This document shows positions 50,723 through 62,927 of a DNA stretch of 64,000 nucleotides, one piece after another (the stretch's first letter is position 1; each line of letters begins with the position of its first letter). A model generated the notes under the pieces. It saw nothing but the letters and a program-made list of their open reading frames with translations. It had not been told where the DNA came from and ran no database searches. The translations under genes and the position numbers were made by a program. Source of the DNA: Takakia lepidozioides (Eukaryota; Plantae; Bryophyta); assembly GCA_030704615.1 (NCBI GenBank), contig CM060734.1:14694001-14758000 (forward strand). The letters run 5' to 3'.

Positions 50723-51968
50723 TGGCAGTGGATATGACTAGTGGCAGCTAACAAGACATGGGAGGCCAAGCTCATAGGAGTCAATACCTGAGATCTCAAG
50801 CTTAAGTTCACAGGTTGCAAGACGGCGACTAACGATAGGGCAACTCTTGTACCCGGCCTCTTGATCTATCGAGTTTGAGTGTAGTAAGGACAGTGGTGGA
50901 GGACTTAGTGAGGCTATGGCCACTATCACATCTTGTGGCTACCTGGACTTAGAGGGACCTAAGCGCCAGCTAGGGGGGCGATTATGATGGACTAATGGCT
51001 GCACTAGTGGTGGCTATGGCAGCCTAGTGGTGGACTAGTGGCTGCACTAGTGGTGGCTAGTGACAACCTAGTGGTTGGACTAGTGGCTGCTCTAGTGGTA
51101 GCTAGTGGCAGCCTAGTGGTGGATTAGTGGCTGCACTAGTGGTGGCTAGTGGCAGCCTAGTGGTGGACTAGTGGCTGTACTAGTGGTGGCTAGTGGCAGC
51201 CTAGTGGTGCACTAGTGGTGGACTAGTGATAGACTAGTGTTTGGTGTGCACATGTGTTGTGTGGTTTTGGACAATGATGTAGTTGTGTAGCGATATGTAT
51301 GTGCACGACAACTGTCAAGTTATTTTACCACTAGTGTGAAGTTAGCTAGGAAATAGCTAGCTTTTATATATTGACATTTGGGATTGACCCAAGTATCAAT
51401 CCAGGGGCCAATACATGTTTGGGCACCTGACGTTGTTATCTTCACGGCAGATCGCGGTGGGCTCATCTTTCTCGAGTTGAGCCTCACCGCGTCTAGCTAT
51501 GGCGCCGTAGTGTGGATTCCCCATGGCGTGGGGTGTACTTGGCTCGACTTAATATATGAGTGATGTTTTCATGTGCAAGTATGTGAGTTTGAGAGAGCTT
51601 GTGTGCTTGTGTCATTCTTTTCTTTATCATTGTGATGGACTAGTGGCAGCCTAGTGATGGACTAGTGGCTGCACTAGTGATGACTAGTGATTGTCTAGTG
51701 GCAGCCTAGTGGTGCACTAGTGGTGCACTAGTGATAGACTAGTGTTTGGTGTGCACATGTGTTGTGTGGTTTTGGACAGCGATGTAGTTGTGTAGTGATA
51801 TGTATGCGCACGCACGACAGGGTTGAGAAACTTTTTGAAACTTTGAAGCACATTTGAAACTTTGTGAAAACACGGAAAAATGTATGAGTTCGAAGCTCTG
51901 TACAGTGTTCGGCACCGCACATTGTTTCTGGCCCCTCTCTTATGTCAATTTGAATGTGCATCCTTGTA

Positions 51969-54900
51969 GGAGAAGATGCAAAGGGTGGAGGATGAGAACC
52001 CTTCAGTGCAGGAAAAGGAGATCATTGGTGATGTGGACGATGAGTTCTATGAAAGCAAAGCCGCGGAGATGCTGGGGGGGTCAGAAGGTAAATTCGCAGC
52101 TTGTGGTGCAAAGTATGCTTGCCCCGGGTGGGAGATTGAAGATTCCCCTGTGTAGGTTGGTTTCCATGCCCGTCGTTTGTCCACCCCTCATCAATGACAT
52201 CCAGAAGCTGGAGGCCAAGTTTGTTCATGGGTATTTGGATGGATCTGCATTTTTTTATGTTTCTACTAGGGATTCCAGAGGCAAGGAGCTCCTGGTGGAT
52301 GAGTCAATTGTGGACTCTTGGGATCCCATTTGGAGACAGGTGAACGAATCCTTCGAACTTCTTCTCTCCAGGAAACCTTCGACGCAAGCATTCTCAGCGA
52401 AGATGTTTCACGTATGGGATGGCAACCACCGGTTGCTTGCATGGATTGCTGTCATTGGGAGGCTGCACTCACAGGCGGAAGAGTGGCATTACCGTGTTCG
52501 AACGATGGTGCTAGATTGTGACGGGAACATGATGGGTCTTCTGACGGCAATGAATGATGTGAACAGGTTGGTTTCTCATTCTACATGTTCCTGTTGTGGT
52601 TCCATGGTTCTTTGGTTCCAATCCTCTGTTGTCGATTCTTGAATTTCATTCTGACTTTCACACATCAATCTGCAGAGGGACGGAGACATCACATGTGAAA
52701 ACGAGTCTGGTTCACACTCTGTACAGGATATAGAGAATCGGCCAGATGCCCTTGAGCAACTTCAAGACCATCCTTTCAGCAGAGACGTACAAGAAGTGTG
52801 AGAGCTCCAAGACATCAGAAACATGGTACTCGTTGATCCGTGAGGCTTTCATGGAGTATATGTACGCGGTGAGATACATCTTCAATCATCTGGCCTTTGG
52901 GTATTCTTGCTTCGAGATCTTTGTTTCTGTTTGTTTTCCTTGCCCTTGTGTTAATGCATCTGTCGTGCATTCTCTTGCAGCAAGACATTGCAGATGCAAG
53001 ACAACGTGACAAACTAGAATACTACAGCTCTACCCCTGAAGAGAGAAGGACGGCAAAGGGGGTTGAGAGTCACATCAAGCAAGAGATGACCGCCACAAGA
53101 AAAAATATTATGAGTGCTTTTGTGAAGCAGTTGAGAATTGCCGACCCATCCTTCAGACTGCAGTTTCTTCAAGAGGTGAAAAATCATTTCAACAAGCCAG
53201 GCAAGCCCGAGATGGCCCAGGAGAAGTTTCACAGGTTGTCTACCGCCGTTGTGTCTTCAGAACAGAAGGTGAAGTGGCTGGAGATATAGAAATCCAATCC
53301 CACTGTTAGGGACACCCACATGTTCCCCAGGCTGGAGAAAGATAAGAAGACCCAGCGTGTCATTCCAGTCAATGACAATATGATGGACACATGGGAAGTA
53401 TGATGTCATTTGCTGTGTCATTTTCTTTTCGCTTTTCTATCGTTCTCTTTCCATGTTCCATTGGCTGTGATTGTTTTCTGGTTCATTCTTGCATTGGAAT
53501 TGTTTTGCAGTTGGAGGAAAGGGCCCAGTCTGTTCTACATACGCAGCTGACTGACTATGGCATCACCATGACAACACCGAAGGTCACCTTCCAAGCATAC
53601 ATGCGGAAAAGGAGAGCCACAGTGTGGCAATCTTGTTTCTTCAGGGAGTTCAATAAGGAGGGTGGCATCAGTCAAACAAATGAACTTGACCAGCAAGAGA
53701 AATGAGAGAAAGCCTGGAAACGATGCCTTTACAGGTGCGAAATGGACTATGCTTCTTTGTTTTGCAAAGACACACTCTCCTCCATCCAACCTGATATGTG
53801 CAGGCTCATATGAGTGTGCGGTGCCACACACTCATTTGTTTTGTCCGTGTGTAGTAATACCAACGTGCACACCCTAGGGCCTTCAGGCTATTTTGTATGT
53901 GGTGGTTACAGTGTGCGGTGCCGCATACTCTTTTTGGGGGTCTTCGTGATGTGGTAGAAAAACTAGGAGACAATAGTTGCAATGCATAATGAGGCTGTTT
54001 CTGTGCCTGCAGGTACATAAAGTATGTTCTCATGGCAGAGAACTGCTTGGACAAACATCCTGATTTCGTGGATCTGTGGCTTGTTCCTGTTGGCAACCAG
54101 ACCATGTTTACTACAGGGATCTTGCAGGACTGGGGCCCAGACCATCTTTCTACCTGTGGTTGGTATTTGGATTGCCCTGTTTCTGAGACCCCACCGCAGG
54201 AGGTGTCTTTGAGGAGAGAGAATGAGCGTGTAGCAGCCACCGCCGCAGTTGCCGACCTCGAGATTCATGATAAAAATTTGAGGACACTTGCAGAGAAGGA
54301 GCTTCCCGCTCAGGATACCCCGGGTAAAGGTAGAAAGGCAAATGGAAATGATGTTGCTGTTGGTGGGGGGAAAGGAAGGGGTAAGGGGAAGGGAGCGCAG
54401 GGGCAAGTAGGTGGGCAGGGAAGTGTTGCAGAAACTGGCCCTACGGCGGATGTCCAGCCGACCAAAGAGACTCCACCGCATGGTAGGGGATCCGGGAGAA
54501 AGAACAAGGGGGTGGTTGAACCTAATGACCCGTACCATGCGGTGGAGCATCCCACGAGGGTCATTCGCCCTACCAGGTTGGAGATGGCCAACGTCGGGTT
54601 AAAGAAATCTGATTACAAGGGCGATCCATCAGCAGTGTGGGAGAGGATGTGGGAGTTCATCGGCACGGTGCATGTTGTCTTCTGCTTCTTGTGTGTTGTG
54701 GGCATGGCTCGTTTCAATCCTCTTGAGCATTCGCTTGCATGCTTGTTTGCAGGCAAAAATGACCAAATCCTGGGTGAACGGGAAGGAGAAGCCATATGGA
54801 GCCAAACTCATCATCTTGGACATCCCTGATGGGTTGCCAGTCCCGGATGTCCCTCCAGCGGGTGCTTGTCCAAGTTGGAATGCTTTTGATGAGCGCTACT

Positions 54901-55384
54901 GGCGGTGGGTTTTCTCCTTTTGCAATTTCTTTCTGTCCGATGCAGGTGTTTTGGTGCTCATCCAGTCGGTGGTGCTCATCCAGTCCACCGACCTTCGTTG
55001 TCGCCGTGCATTTGCCAGCTATTTGAAAGCCTCAGATATGAGGGTCGTGAAGACATGGAATTGTATGAACAGCATGTACCTGGCGAAGGGGGATCGTTCA
55101 GGAGAGATGGTAAATCTGCCTTCTTATTCCTCTTCTGGTGGGGTCTCGGATGGAGTTGCATAAGTCGCTAAAATGAATATGGAGGGGCCTGGTTTTCAAG
55201 CTTCTTAGTTCCTTGTGGATGTCGTGTTCGCAGACTCGTCTGTTTGAAGCAGTTTGTCTCGTCTGAGTGCATCCACCTATGACTCCAGCCGTCATTAGGG
55301 AGTTCGCCATCACTCATGGGGGCAAGTTCATAGACGAAAGGACAGATCCTCCCACAGATGACATGCACCACAACTACGTGGACA
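51969..55384 (+). pseudogene. Multi-exon MULE accessory gene: ParB/Srx-like N-terminal domain and putative N6A/N4C methyltransferase-like C-terminal domain; degenerate, cut at 55384
   Basis: Approximate exons 51969-52566, 52677-52868, 52981-53397, 53511-?, 54013-54661, 54753-55109, with GT-AG boundaries. LKIPLCRLVSMPVV...DIQKLEAKFVHGY...FYVS...FHVWDGNHRLLAW fits ParB/Srx. AKLIILDIPDG...WN...VFSFCNFFLSDAGVLVL resembles amino-MTase motifs IV-VI (weaker call). Confidence 0.6.
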
Positions 55385-58080
55385 GGGCCAGGGCTTTTCA
55401 TAGCAGCCAAAGCATCCACTGCCCTACCAAGCTCATCCACAGTAAAGGGTTCAGCCAACCTGTTCTTGTCTAACAAGCAAGGAGTATTGTGCAGGAGAGT
55501 GTTCCTTCATCAATCAAGGGTGAGCTAGGCCTTTTTTCAAAAAGGTGCCTAAAAACATCTGCAGCAATATTTGACATTTTCTTTGGGTCAGAAGACTGCA
55601 AACCAGAGGCATCACGTAAAGAGGGGATTAGAAAGGAGGACCGACGCTAAGCAGCCTTAGCAAAGAAATACTTAGTCATTTTTTCTCCCTTCAAGGACCA
55701 ATTGATTCCAGTCTTGATCCTCATCAATTGCTCCCTAGTATGGCATAGAGAGGAGAGGTTCATTTTGGCTGTTTTGTACCAGATCAGGGTCTGGGGGTCA
55801 TCCATACCTTCCTGAAGTTGAAACTGGCAAAAATGCAGGCACTTTATGAGGGCTTTTTCCTTGCGTTGAGACTCTTCAACTTTCTTTCTAGATAGCTGTT
55901 GGCAGACAATCCTCAAGGTCTGCATTTTAGAAAAGAAAAGAAGAGTGGGAGATGAAAAAGGGAAGACAGCAGAGGACCAAGCCCTTTTAAGAGTGAGGAT
56001 GACCTCGGGGTCAGCAAGAAAGGATGGGTTTAATTTGTAGTAGCCCCTTTCTTTCACCCTAGACCCAGGGGTATGGAGGAGGAGTTGGATAGTGGAGTGG
56101 TCAAATCCAGGAGCAATGGGAGCAATTGGGGATCGAACTGACCAGGTTAACAAGTGAGCGGAACAATAGAGCCTATCCAAACAAGCAAGAGAGAGATTCG
56201 GGGGATCTCTATTGTTGGACCAGGTGTACTTTAATTCCCCCCCAGCCGGAGGGAAAGCATTGAGCAACCCAATTGCCATACAAAAAGAGTCCCATGAATC
56301 CCTTTCATCGGTAGAGAGGCCATGTACATTTGAGCCAAAACGGTCAGAATCATACTCTACCATGTTGAAATCCCCGCCCACCACCCAGTGCTGAATGTCA
56401 AGATGTTGCATCACTTTTAGTCTCAAGAGGGCCCATTGATCCAGCCTTTCCCCTTCGGCATTTGGAGCATACACATTGACTATCCCAATTTTCCCCATTG
56501 ACGGACCAAGGTTCATGGTTATTGTTTGAACACGACCCTGAACCCAAATATCATTAGCCAAAATTGATGGGCCTGGGGGAAAGCAGTATTGTTGTCCCTC
56601 CTTTGGAGTCCAATACAGTTGGGTTCCAGAAAGCGAAGTTAGAAGGCCAAATAGACCCTCCCAGCAAGGTTATTTTCTAAGGATCCAGCTTGTGTTCTTG
56701 GAGCAAGATAATAGAAGAGGTGTTGAGAAGAGAAGAGCTCCAATGTCTGATCCTGGCCCTTTTAGGGGCCGAGTGATGTGACCCAATACCTCTTATATTC
56801 CAGCTAATGAGGGAGAATTTCATGAAGGAGTAGGAAGAAAGCCCACGGTGACCCCGTGATCTGATGGCCAAGTTGGAAGAAAACGGAACTTGGTTCTTTT
56901 GTCCGTGGGTTGCAGTGTTGAGATCCATTTAAAGCCAATAGGGGGAGGGAGCACAGTGCAGGCAACTTCCACATAATAAAACCCCTAGATCTCTTCCTTT
57001 TGCTAACACAAGGCAGATCTAGGAATTGGTTCCTACAATCCGTGTGCACAGACAGCCCCTTCAAAGACAAGTCCCAGGTCATGGTTGCAGACAGAAAGCA
57101 AAGAGCAGCAGGGGAGGAGACTGGCATGGAGGTTTCATTCCACCCTGGCAGGATACGCTGGCTAGAATCTGGCTGGTCAAACACCAATGTCCAGCCCTGA
57201 TTGGAATTGATAGCATCTAGAGCAAAGAAGAGGAGGGGAGAGTAAGCATGAGAGATCATGCTTACCGGGGGAGGTGAGTCGACAGTTTCTTCTGGCTGGA
57301 TCAGCTCGTTGACATTCTTGCCGGCCCCATTAGATGAAAGGAGCATGTCGTTTTTGTTATACATGACCATTGCCTTATTGTTGCTGGTCTCCTTGTCGAG
57401 CATGTTGTTTTCATTCTGGCGTGAGAAGGCGTTCAGCTTCCGCATGCCTTTGAGGTCTGCCACCATCTTGAGGCCTTCCTCCAAAATGAGAGAAGCACAA
57501 GCCCATGCGGTTGGATTGTTGACCCTGCAAGACAGCCCAAATTTGTCCACCCACATCCACTTGTCAGGTTTCCCAGTGGTGTCCAAGTTGTTGACATGGA
57601 AAATCGGCAAAACATGGATCACAGTCAGGTTAACAAGAGCGGGATTGTTTTCAACCAGAATGCCTATGTGCTGAATTTGAGGTAGCGAGAGGGAGATGTG
57701 TGGGAAGAACTCCCTGAGGATTTGCATGGACAAGTGGAGGGTGATCTCCGCAGCCATAAGCCCAGTGGCCAAGGAGTCTGAGACCCATGCAGAGCGGAAA
57801 CCCTCACCATCTTTAGGGATACAGAAGTTCGTGCACTCGTCAAAGAACGTGTAAACAAGAGGAGTGACGCATATTGCCGCTTTCTCTCTAGCGTAAGCAG
57901 ACCCCGGAGCCCATCCCGTAAGTGGTCTGTTGGTGAAAGAGTGCATCTCCAGGAATGAAATAGCCAAACTGGTGCTATCCAGAAGTTGCAATTCTTCTTC
58001 CGAAAAGAGGAAGGAAGCCCAGGCCTCCTTGATTCTGACTGGAGCGAGATCGTATGGTTGAATTGGATGAATCTGTCACT
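55385..58080 (-). mobile_element. LINE-B 5' piece: ORF1 tail, AP endonuclease and linker up to KSPGP
   Basis: MKFSLISWNIRG, ILLQEHKL, IVNVYAPN, VVGGDFN, YTWSN, LDRLY, DHSTI, GEKMTKYFF, LAEPFTVDEL...MKSPGP, breaking at 55384. Confidence 0.9.
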
Positions 58081-58544
58081 ACAAGGAATAGGTGTTTTTC
58101 GCACCTGACTCGCGGTTGCGATTCTGTCCGAAACGACTGCACGTGGGACTCCAGGTTGTGAATGACGACTTGCCAGTCGTTGCAGTCGTTTTTATGCCAC
58201 GCTGGCATAAAGGATGGAGTATACAAGTCGCAAAAGTGAACTCCAGGTTTCACGCCGATTTAAAGGCTGATTTCCAAAAATCGGAAAAAAACATATTTTT
58301 TATATTAATGAAATTTGCAGTCGTGTTGACGACTGCGGGTTGGATCCCCCGGGGATTTTTTTTCAATTGTAACCTATATGGCACTATTTTGAAATTACAA
58401 TGACACGCGTCGAATTACGAGCGGGACAATTGATAGGGAGCTCGGGTTGTGGGCTCCGTAAGTCGCAATGAGGGGGCCGAGGACTTAGCGAGATTTTCAA
58501 GTCACTCCTGCTCGGCGAACGCGACCTCCATCTCCTTCTTCTTC

Positions 58545-59800
58545 CCTTCCTTCATGTGTTTGCAATGCGTGTGTGATCCTGGCAGCCCTGCAAAAGGGCA
58601 AAGAAGTCCATGCTGACATTGTCGAAGCTAGAATCGTACCAGATGTTGTTCTGGACACTGCTCTGATGAACATATATGCAAAATGTAGGAGTATCGAGGA
58701 TGCAAAGGGAATGTTGGACAATATGGCCGAATGAGATGTGGTGTCTTGGACTGCGATGATCACAGCTTATGCACAGCAGGGACGCGGGATGGAGGCTTTG
58801 GAGACCTATGAGAAACTGATGAGGGAAGAGGTGAAGCCCGACCAGATCACCCCAGGTTCGGTTTGCAAGGTGTGTGCGAGCCTGACAGCGCTGGATAAGG
58901 GCAAGGAAGTCCATGGGGACATTGTCAAAGCTGGAATTTTACCAGATGTCATTCTGAATAGTACCATGGTGGACATGTATGTTAAATGTGCTCTGGAAAA
59001 GGGGAAAGAGGTCCATGGCGACATCTTCAGAGCTGGAATTGTACTAGATGTCATTCTGAACAATACCCTGGTGGACATGTTTGCAAAATGTGAATGCATC
59101 TAGGATGCAAAAGGAGTGTTCGATACTATGGTTGAACCAGATGTGGTATCATGGAGTGCGATGCTTGCAGGGTATGCACAGCAGGGACGTGGGATGGAGG
59201 CTTTGGAGACCTATGAGCGAATGATGGGGGAAGCACTGGAGAAGGGCAAAGAGGTGCATGGGGATATCATCAAAGCTGGAATTGTACCAAATGTCAATCT
59301 GAACACTACCTTGGCAACTCTGGAAAAAGGGAAAGAGGTCCATGGCGACATCTTCAGAGCTGGAATTGTACCAGATGTCATTCGGAACAATACCCTAGTG
59401 GACATGTTTGCAAAATGTGGGTGCATCTAGGATGCAAAGGGAGTGTTCGACATTATGGCTGAACGAGATGTGGTGTCGTGGAGTGCGATGCTTGCAGGGT
59501 ATGCACAATAAGGACGTGGGATGGAGGCTTTGGAGACTTATGAGCAAATGATGGGGGAAGCACATCATGTTTGTGTGCATTTGTAATGCTTGTGCAAGCC
59601 TGGCAACCCTGGAGAAGGGCAAAGAGGTGCATGGGGATATCATCAAAGTTGGAATTGTACCAAATGTCAATTTGAACACTACCCTGGCAGCTCTGGAAAA
59701 AGGGAAAGAGGTCCATGGCGACATCTTCAGAGCTGGAATTGTACCAGATGTTATTCGGAACAATACCCAGGTGGACATGTTTGCAAAATATGGGTGCCTC
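58545..59800 (+). pseudogene. PLS-class PPR pseudogene with internal tandem duplications
   Basis: Repeated LEKGKEVHGDI.KAGI.PDV...NTLVDM.AKCG, DVVSW.AM..GYAQQGRGMEALETYE; stops and deletions. Confidence 0.9.
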
Positions 59801-61255
59801 CAAGAGGGCCGCATTTCAAGCTCCACATTACCTACGATTTCTTGTGGAAGGATAGCTACAAGAAACCTGCATGGGTAGATGGTCAACTGGAAGCCATAGC
59901 AGCGGCGCCACAATTGATAAAATCAGACACTGCTAAGGAGGGCACCTTCTTCAACACATTTCACCCTATTTTTTCCTCTTATCAGAATCCTTCTTCTTCC
60001 ATGTTGAATTTTGCAAGTTAGCTGTTTGAGTGAACCTTTGATAGTTTGGAGTGACTTTGACATGATACTGCCAAAGTGACAACAGTAAAGTATCCAAAAA
60101 CAGGTAACAGAGATGATGAGAAGCTGTGGAATGAGTACTTTTCTGACCCCAGTCAATGGTGGGACAACCGAGGCAAAAAGGAAAATGCCTGTATAATTAC
60201 AGAGAGTAGCAGACGTAATTCAGCATATGAATGAGTATGATAAGTTGAGTTGGGTGTTTCCTAGAACAAATGTAGGCTGTCGTTGTCAGCTGCTAGCATC
60301 AAGGCAAGGATGTATGCATGATTTGTGCAGAGGCATGGATGGTTGAAGGAGCAGGGATAGAGTGTGGGTCCAGATTCATCCAAGAGGGCCGGATTTCAAC
60401 CTCCAGATTACCTATATTGATTCCTTGTGGAAGGATAGCTACAACAAACCTGCATGGGAAGATGGTCAACTGGAAGTCACAGCAGCAGCGGGACAATTGA
60501 TAAAATCAAGCACTGCTAATGAAGGCACCTTCTTCAACACATTTCACCCTGTTTTTCCCTCTTATCAGAACCGGCCCTAAATTTCCATGTTGAATTCTTC
60601 AAGTTAGCTGGTTGAGTGAACCTAGTTTGGAGTGACTTTGACATGATACTGCCAATGTGACACCAGGAAAGTATCGGAAAACATGTAACAGAGATGAGGA
60701 GAAGCTGGGGAATGAACATGTTTTTGACCCCAGTCAACAGTGGGACAATCGAGACCAAAAGATGAATGTCTGTTAGATTACAGAAAGTAGTCGACACAAT
60801 TCAGCATAGGAACTAGAGTGATAAGCTAAGTTGGGTGTTTCCTAGAACAACTTTATGCTGTCATTGTCATCTGCTAGCAACAAGGGATGAATGCATGATT
60901 TGTGCAAACGCATGGATAGCTGAAGGAGCAGGGATAGAGTGTGGGTCCAGATTCATCCAAGAAGGCCGGATTTCAAGCTCCAGATTATCTATGATTCCTT
61001 GTGGAAGAGAAACATGCATGGGTACATGGTCAACTGGAAGCCACAGCAGCAACGACACAATTGATAAAATCAGTCACTGCTAATCAAGGCACCTTCTTCA
61101 ACACACTTCACCCTATTTTCCCCTCTTATCAGAATCGGCCCTAAATTTTCATGTTGAATTCTGCAAGTTAGCTGGTTGAGTGAACCTTTGATAGTTTGGA
61201 GTGACTTTGACATGATACTGCCAAAGTGACAACATAGAAGTATCTAGAAACAGGT
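59800..61255 (+). pseudogene. About 2.5-3 tandem copies (about 580 bp) of OSB-type PDF-motif exons, degenerate
   Basis: PRGPDFNLQITYIDSLWKDSYNKPAW.DGQL and DDEKLWNEYFSDPSQWWDNRGKK match the PDF motif of plant organellar ssDNA-binding proteins. Confidence 0.7.
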
Positions 61256-62927
61256 TCCAATCTTGATCGTTACGGACTCATGGATTTGTGCATTGTATGG
61301 GGCAGTTTTGAGGTGTTATCTTAATACATTGTCACGTGCTCTTCTTCATGCAATTCATTTGATTTCGTGCATCGATGGCATGGTCTGTATGTTCTGAAGT
61401 CTGAAGCACATAGGCAATGACATGATCATCCCCAGTGTGCAGGGATTGTGTTGGTTGCAATGCCGTAGTAGATCGATCGTAACATCCGTGTTGCTATTCA
61501 GACACAGTAGAAACAATATTACACATATATGAACTACAAGTCGTAGCCCCCAAGTCAATGCAACCAGCAGGAGTGCCTGATTCCCAACCCACAGTCGATG
61601 TAGTCACTTGTGAGGTAGTGCATTTCAAACCTCCAGTTGCATCTGTCACTTCAACACTCCATTTGTCGACTCCACTTGCAAGTCGTGAAGGCAACCAGCA
61701 GACAACTCACTGCGCCACGTGCTGTGGCCTCAGGCCTGCACGTGGCGAGACCCGGGAAGGCACGCGTGCCCTTGAAGGTAACTGCTAGTCTGGTCGCTAC
61801 TACGAGTCTAGCACTCCGAGACGTAGTTTACAACTTCGGAGTTTGACCGTGCAGTCGTTGAAATGACTTGCTAGTTATTTTTGAACTAGTGGTTAGTGCT
61901 CGTGTAGTACGAGATCGTAACTATTCAGCAGCATGAAGCAACGCGGCGCGTGTCCTGCCTCCAAGTAAACACGTGGAGTTTTCACACCAAGCCACGCAGC
62001 TGTATTCTTGGCGTGCACACGGTGGGGAAGTCGGAACCCCCCGGTCAAAAGTCCATTGTGGTCAAGGTCCAAGATTCAGTCAACGCCGCGCGTGGCGACG
62101 CCACGTGGCCACACCTTAAAAATTACCCTGCAGTCGGCGTCACGACTGACTGGAACGACTCCGACCACGTAATGACCGGAACGGCTGGGCTGTCCGATAG
62201 GTCTTGTCCTTTCGGACTCGTAGTCGCCCAGTCATTTTTTGTCTGAAACGGGTTTCCAGTCGTTTTTTGAGTGTTATTTCGACGATTCCTTGTAGTGTGT
62301 TCCGCCATGCCATCTTTTCTTCCAGTCTCCAGAGATTGCTTCCTTCTCACTACAAGAGGAATTGGTTTTTGTCACAGCATAGGGGGGTCACACTTTGCAC
62401 AATCCACGGATCATATGACACATGTGTGGACTAGAAAAAAGTGTGGCACAACCGGACCGGATGTGTCACACCTTGTCTGGCTTAAGTCACACCAAAATAG
62501 TCAACGGTATGAAACCTAGGGTTGACCCCTATATATTTTCCGAGTTGGCACCCTGATAAAAAAAAACCAATGCCGCATGGCATGCCTTGATTCGTCCAGG
62601 TTCTGAAATGTCTGACTCAGCGTCTTACTCCCAAAAGGGGATGCCTGACATGAGTTCCTGTGTGCGGTGTGCAGCCACTCTGGCGGACGTAGAGCATTGT
62701 TCCAAGGGTTGCGGGGGCGTTCAACCAGGATGTAAGTATGATGAGAGGATGTGCTTGCATCATCTGCAGAAAGCTGCAAGAGTCTGGCATGTGTAGGTTT
62801 GTCTTCGAGGTCTTTGAGTGGAAATTTTTCAACCGAATCACGCTTTCAAGAACTCTTGTATTTCGTGTGTGCAGTCTTGTACGTGTTTGATACCGGAGTG
62901 CTAGGGTTTCTTGGTGGACAGCAGGTC

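Larger units (their letters stand above)
42346..51819 (+). mobile_element. DNMT-carrying Gypsy-like retrotransposon, copy 2: A1-UTR-gag-PR-DNMT-(RT/RNaseH deleted)-IN-PHD-B1-A2-B2
   Basis: Starts TGTC (42346), ends GACA (51819), flanked by GGGT on both sides (42342-42345, 51820-51823). A1 42346-~42655 matches A2 51313-~51625; B1 50983-51310 matches B2 51631-51819. Confidence 0.93.
33133..55384. mobile_element. MULE-2: two-gene Mutator-like DNA transposon with palindrome arrays; hosts retroelement copy 2; about 14 kb when the insert is removed and 24843-26005 is rejoined
   Basis: Terminus at 33133 after a 9-bp TSD; transposase on the minus strand; ParB-like gene on the plus strand; the same palindrome throughout, including in introns. 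Confidence 0.75.

Noticed and set aside
42346-51819. DIRS/PAT tyrosine-recombinase element
   Set aside because: Despite the split repeats, no recombinase motif was seen; the integrase is DDE type with TG...CA ends and a target duplication.
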